From positions 832,001-896,000 of the forward strand of contig CAWCNS010000005.1 in assembly GCA_963796965.1 (NCBI GenBank): 64,000 nt of DNA, in the 5' to 3' direction. Shown here piece by piece: positions 63,321 to 64,000 of the stretch (its first letter is position 1; each line of letters opens with the position of its first letter). Under the pieces are notes generated by a model, which worked only from the letters and a program-made list of their open reading frames with translations, did not search any database and was not told the DNA's origin. This DNA comes from Calditrichia bacterium. Lineage in GTDB: Bacteria; Calditrichota; Calditrichia; JAJRVZ01. Both the position numbers and the translations under genes were made by a program.

Positions 63321-63896
63321 TTGAAACCTGATTTGACTGATGCCCTGATTCTCGTAGATGTACAATACGACTTTTTACCTGGAGGAGCATTAGCCGTACC
63401 AGATGGAGACGGAGTAATTTCGGAACTTAATAAGTATATTCGTTTATTTCAGGGATTACATCGCCCGGTGATTGCCACCCGCGATTGGCATCCAAAAAAC
63501 CATTGTTCTTTTAACGATTTCGGCGGCATTTGGCCGGTACATTGTGTAGCCGGAACAAAGGGTGCACAAATCTCAAATGAAATCATACTTCCTGCAAATA
63601 CACTAATTATATCCAAAGCAACCACACGTGAAGAGGAAGCTTATTCCGGTCTAGATGGTACAGATCTGGAAGATAGATTACACGATTTGGGAGTTAAAAG
63701 AGTCTGGGTCGGCGGATTAGCTACTGATTATTGCGTTTTGGAAACAGTAAAAGATTTCCTTGCCAAAGATTTTGAAGTTATATTACTCATGGATGCTATC
63801 CGGGCAGTAAATGTGAAGCCCAATGATGGTGCACTCGCAGAACAGAAAATGCTCAATGCTGGCGCTCAACCTATTACAATAAAAGATGTTCAATGA
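63321..63896 (+). CDS. pncA: Nicotinamidase/pyrazinamidase
   Basis: DVQYDFLPGGALAV, DWHP, WPVHCV and GLATDYCV. Confidence 0.92.
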   Translation: MKPDLTDALILVDVQYDFLPGGALAVPDGDGVISELNKYIRLFQGLHRPVIATRDWHPKNHCSFNDFGGIWPVHCVAGTKGAQISNEIILPANTLIISKATTREEEAYSGLDGTDLEDRLHDLGVKRVWVGGLATDYCVLETVKDFLAKDFEVILLMDAIRAVNVKPNDGALAEQKMLNAGAQPITIKDVQ

Positions 63897-64000
63897 AAAT
63901 TTTCTCCCACCCCTCTTCTCTCTTAACTGATCTTTATCAACTTACAATGTTGCAGAGTTATCTTGATCATGATCTTTCGGCAAATGCAGAATTTGAATTT
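63893..64000 (+). CDS. pncB: Nicotinate phosphoribosyltransferase, 3'-partial
   Basis: ATGA overlap with the pncA stop; MKIFSHPSSLLTDLYQLTMLQSY...AEFEF matches the PncB N-terminus. Not in the ORF track. Confidence 0.8.
   Translation, partial: MKIFSHPSSLLTDLYQLTMLQSYLDHDLSANAEFEF

Overview
AT-rich (roughly 37% GC by eye) bacterial chromosome window. Lipid A acyltransferase, Tat-exported sugar oxidoreductases, sulfatases, ThuA proteins and rubrerythrin point to a diderm, probably facultative or anaerobic, polysaccharide degrader. An FCB-type lineage such as Calditrichota/KSB1 is a guess, not shown by the sequence. No rRNA, tRNA, CRISPR array or intact transposase was seen. The main feature is a 7-gene operon at 38.3-46.8 kb that looks like an extracellular electron transfer module with about 36 heme-binding motifs. 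It encodes two NHL beta-propellers, a 12-heme cytochrome with an OmcE-like N-terminus, a stand-alone tetraheme homolog of the Geobacter nanowire cytochrome OmcE (split by a frameshift, so only partly called), a 5-heme lipoprotein, an outer-membrane barrel and a ~15-heme periplasmic cytochrome. It has a Rex/CRP-like box upstream and lies between two paralogous TetR/LolA-like/MacB-LolCDE ABC operons. Other points: a secreted peroxiredoxin with an in-frame UGA at the catalytic Cys (probable selenoprotein), a PerR-rubrerythrin-rubredoxin/GltB operon, a Rho lacking its N-terminal helical domain plus a distant stand-alone Rho-N-like protein, a candidate four-way-junction RNA before slyD, a Tat-exported glycoside-processing cluster and several intergenic repeat families. 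Thirteen single-base frameshifts (11 insertions, 2 deletions) most likely reflect long-read sequencing error.
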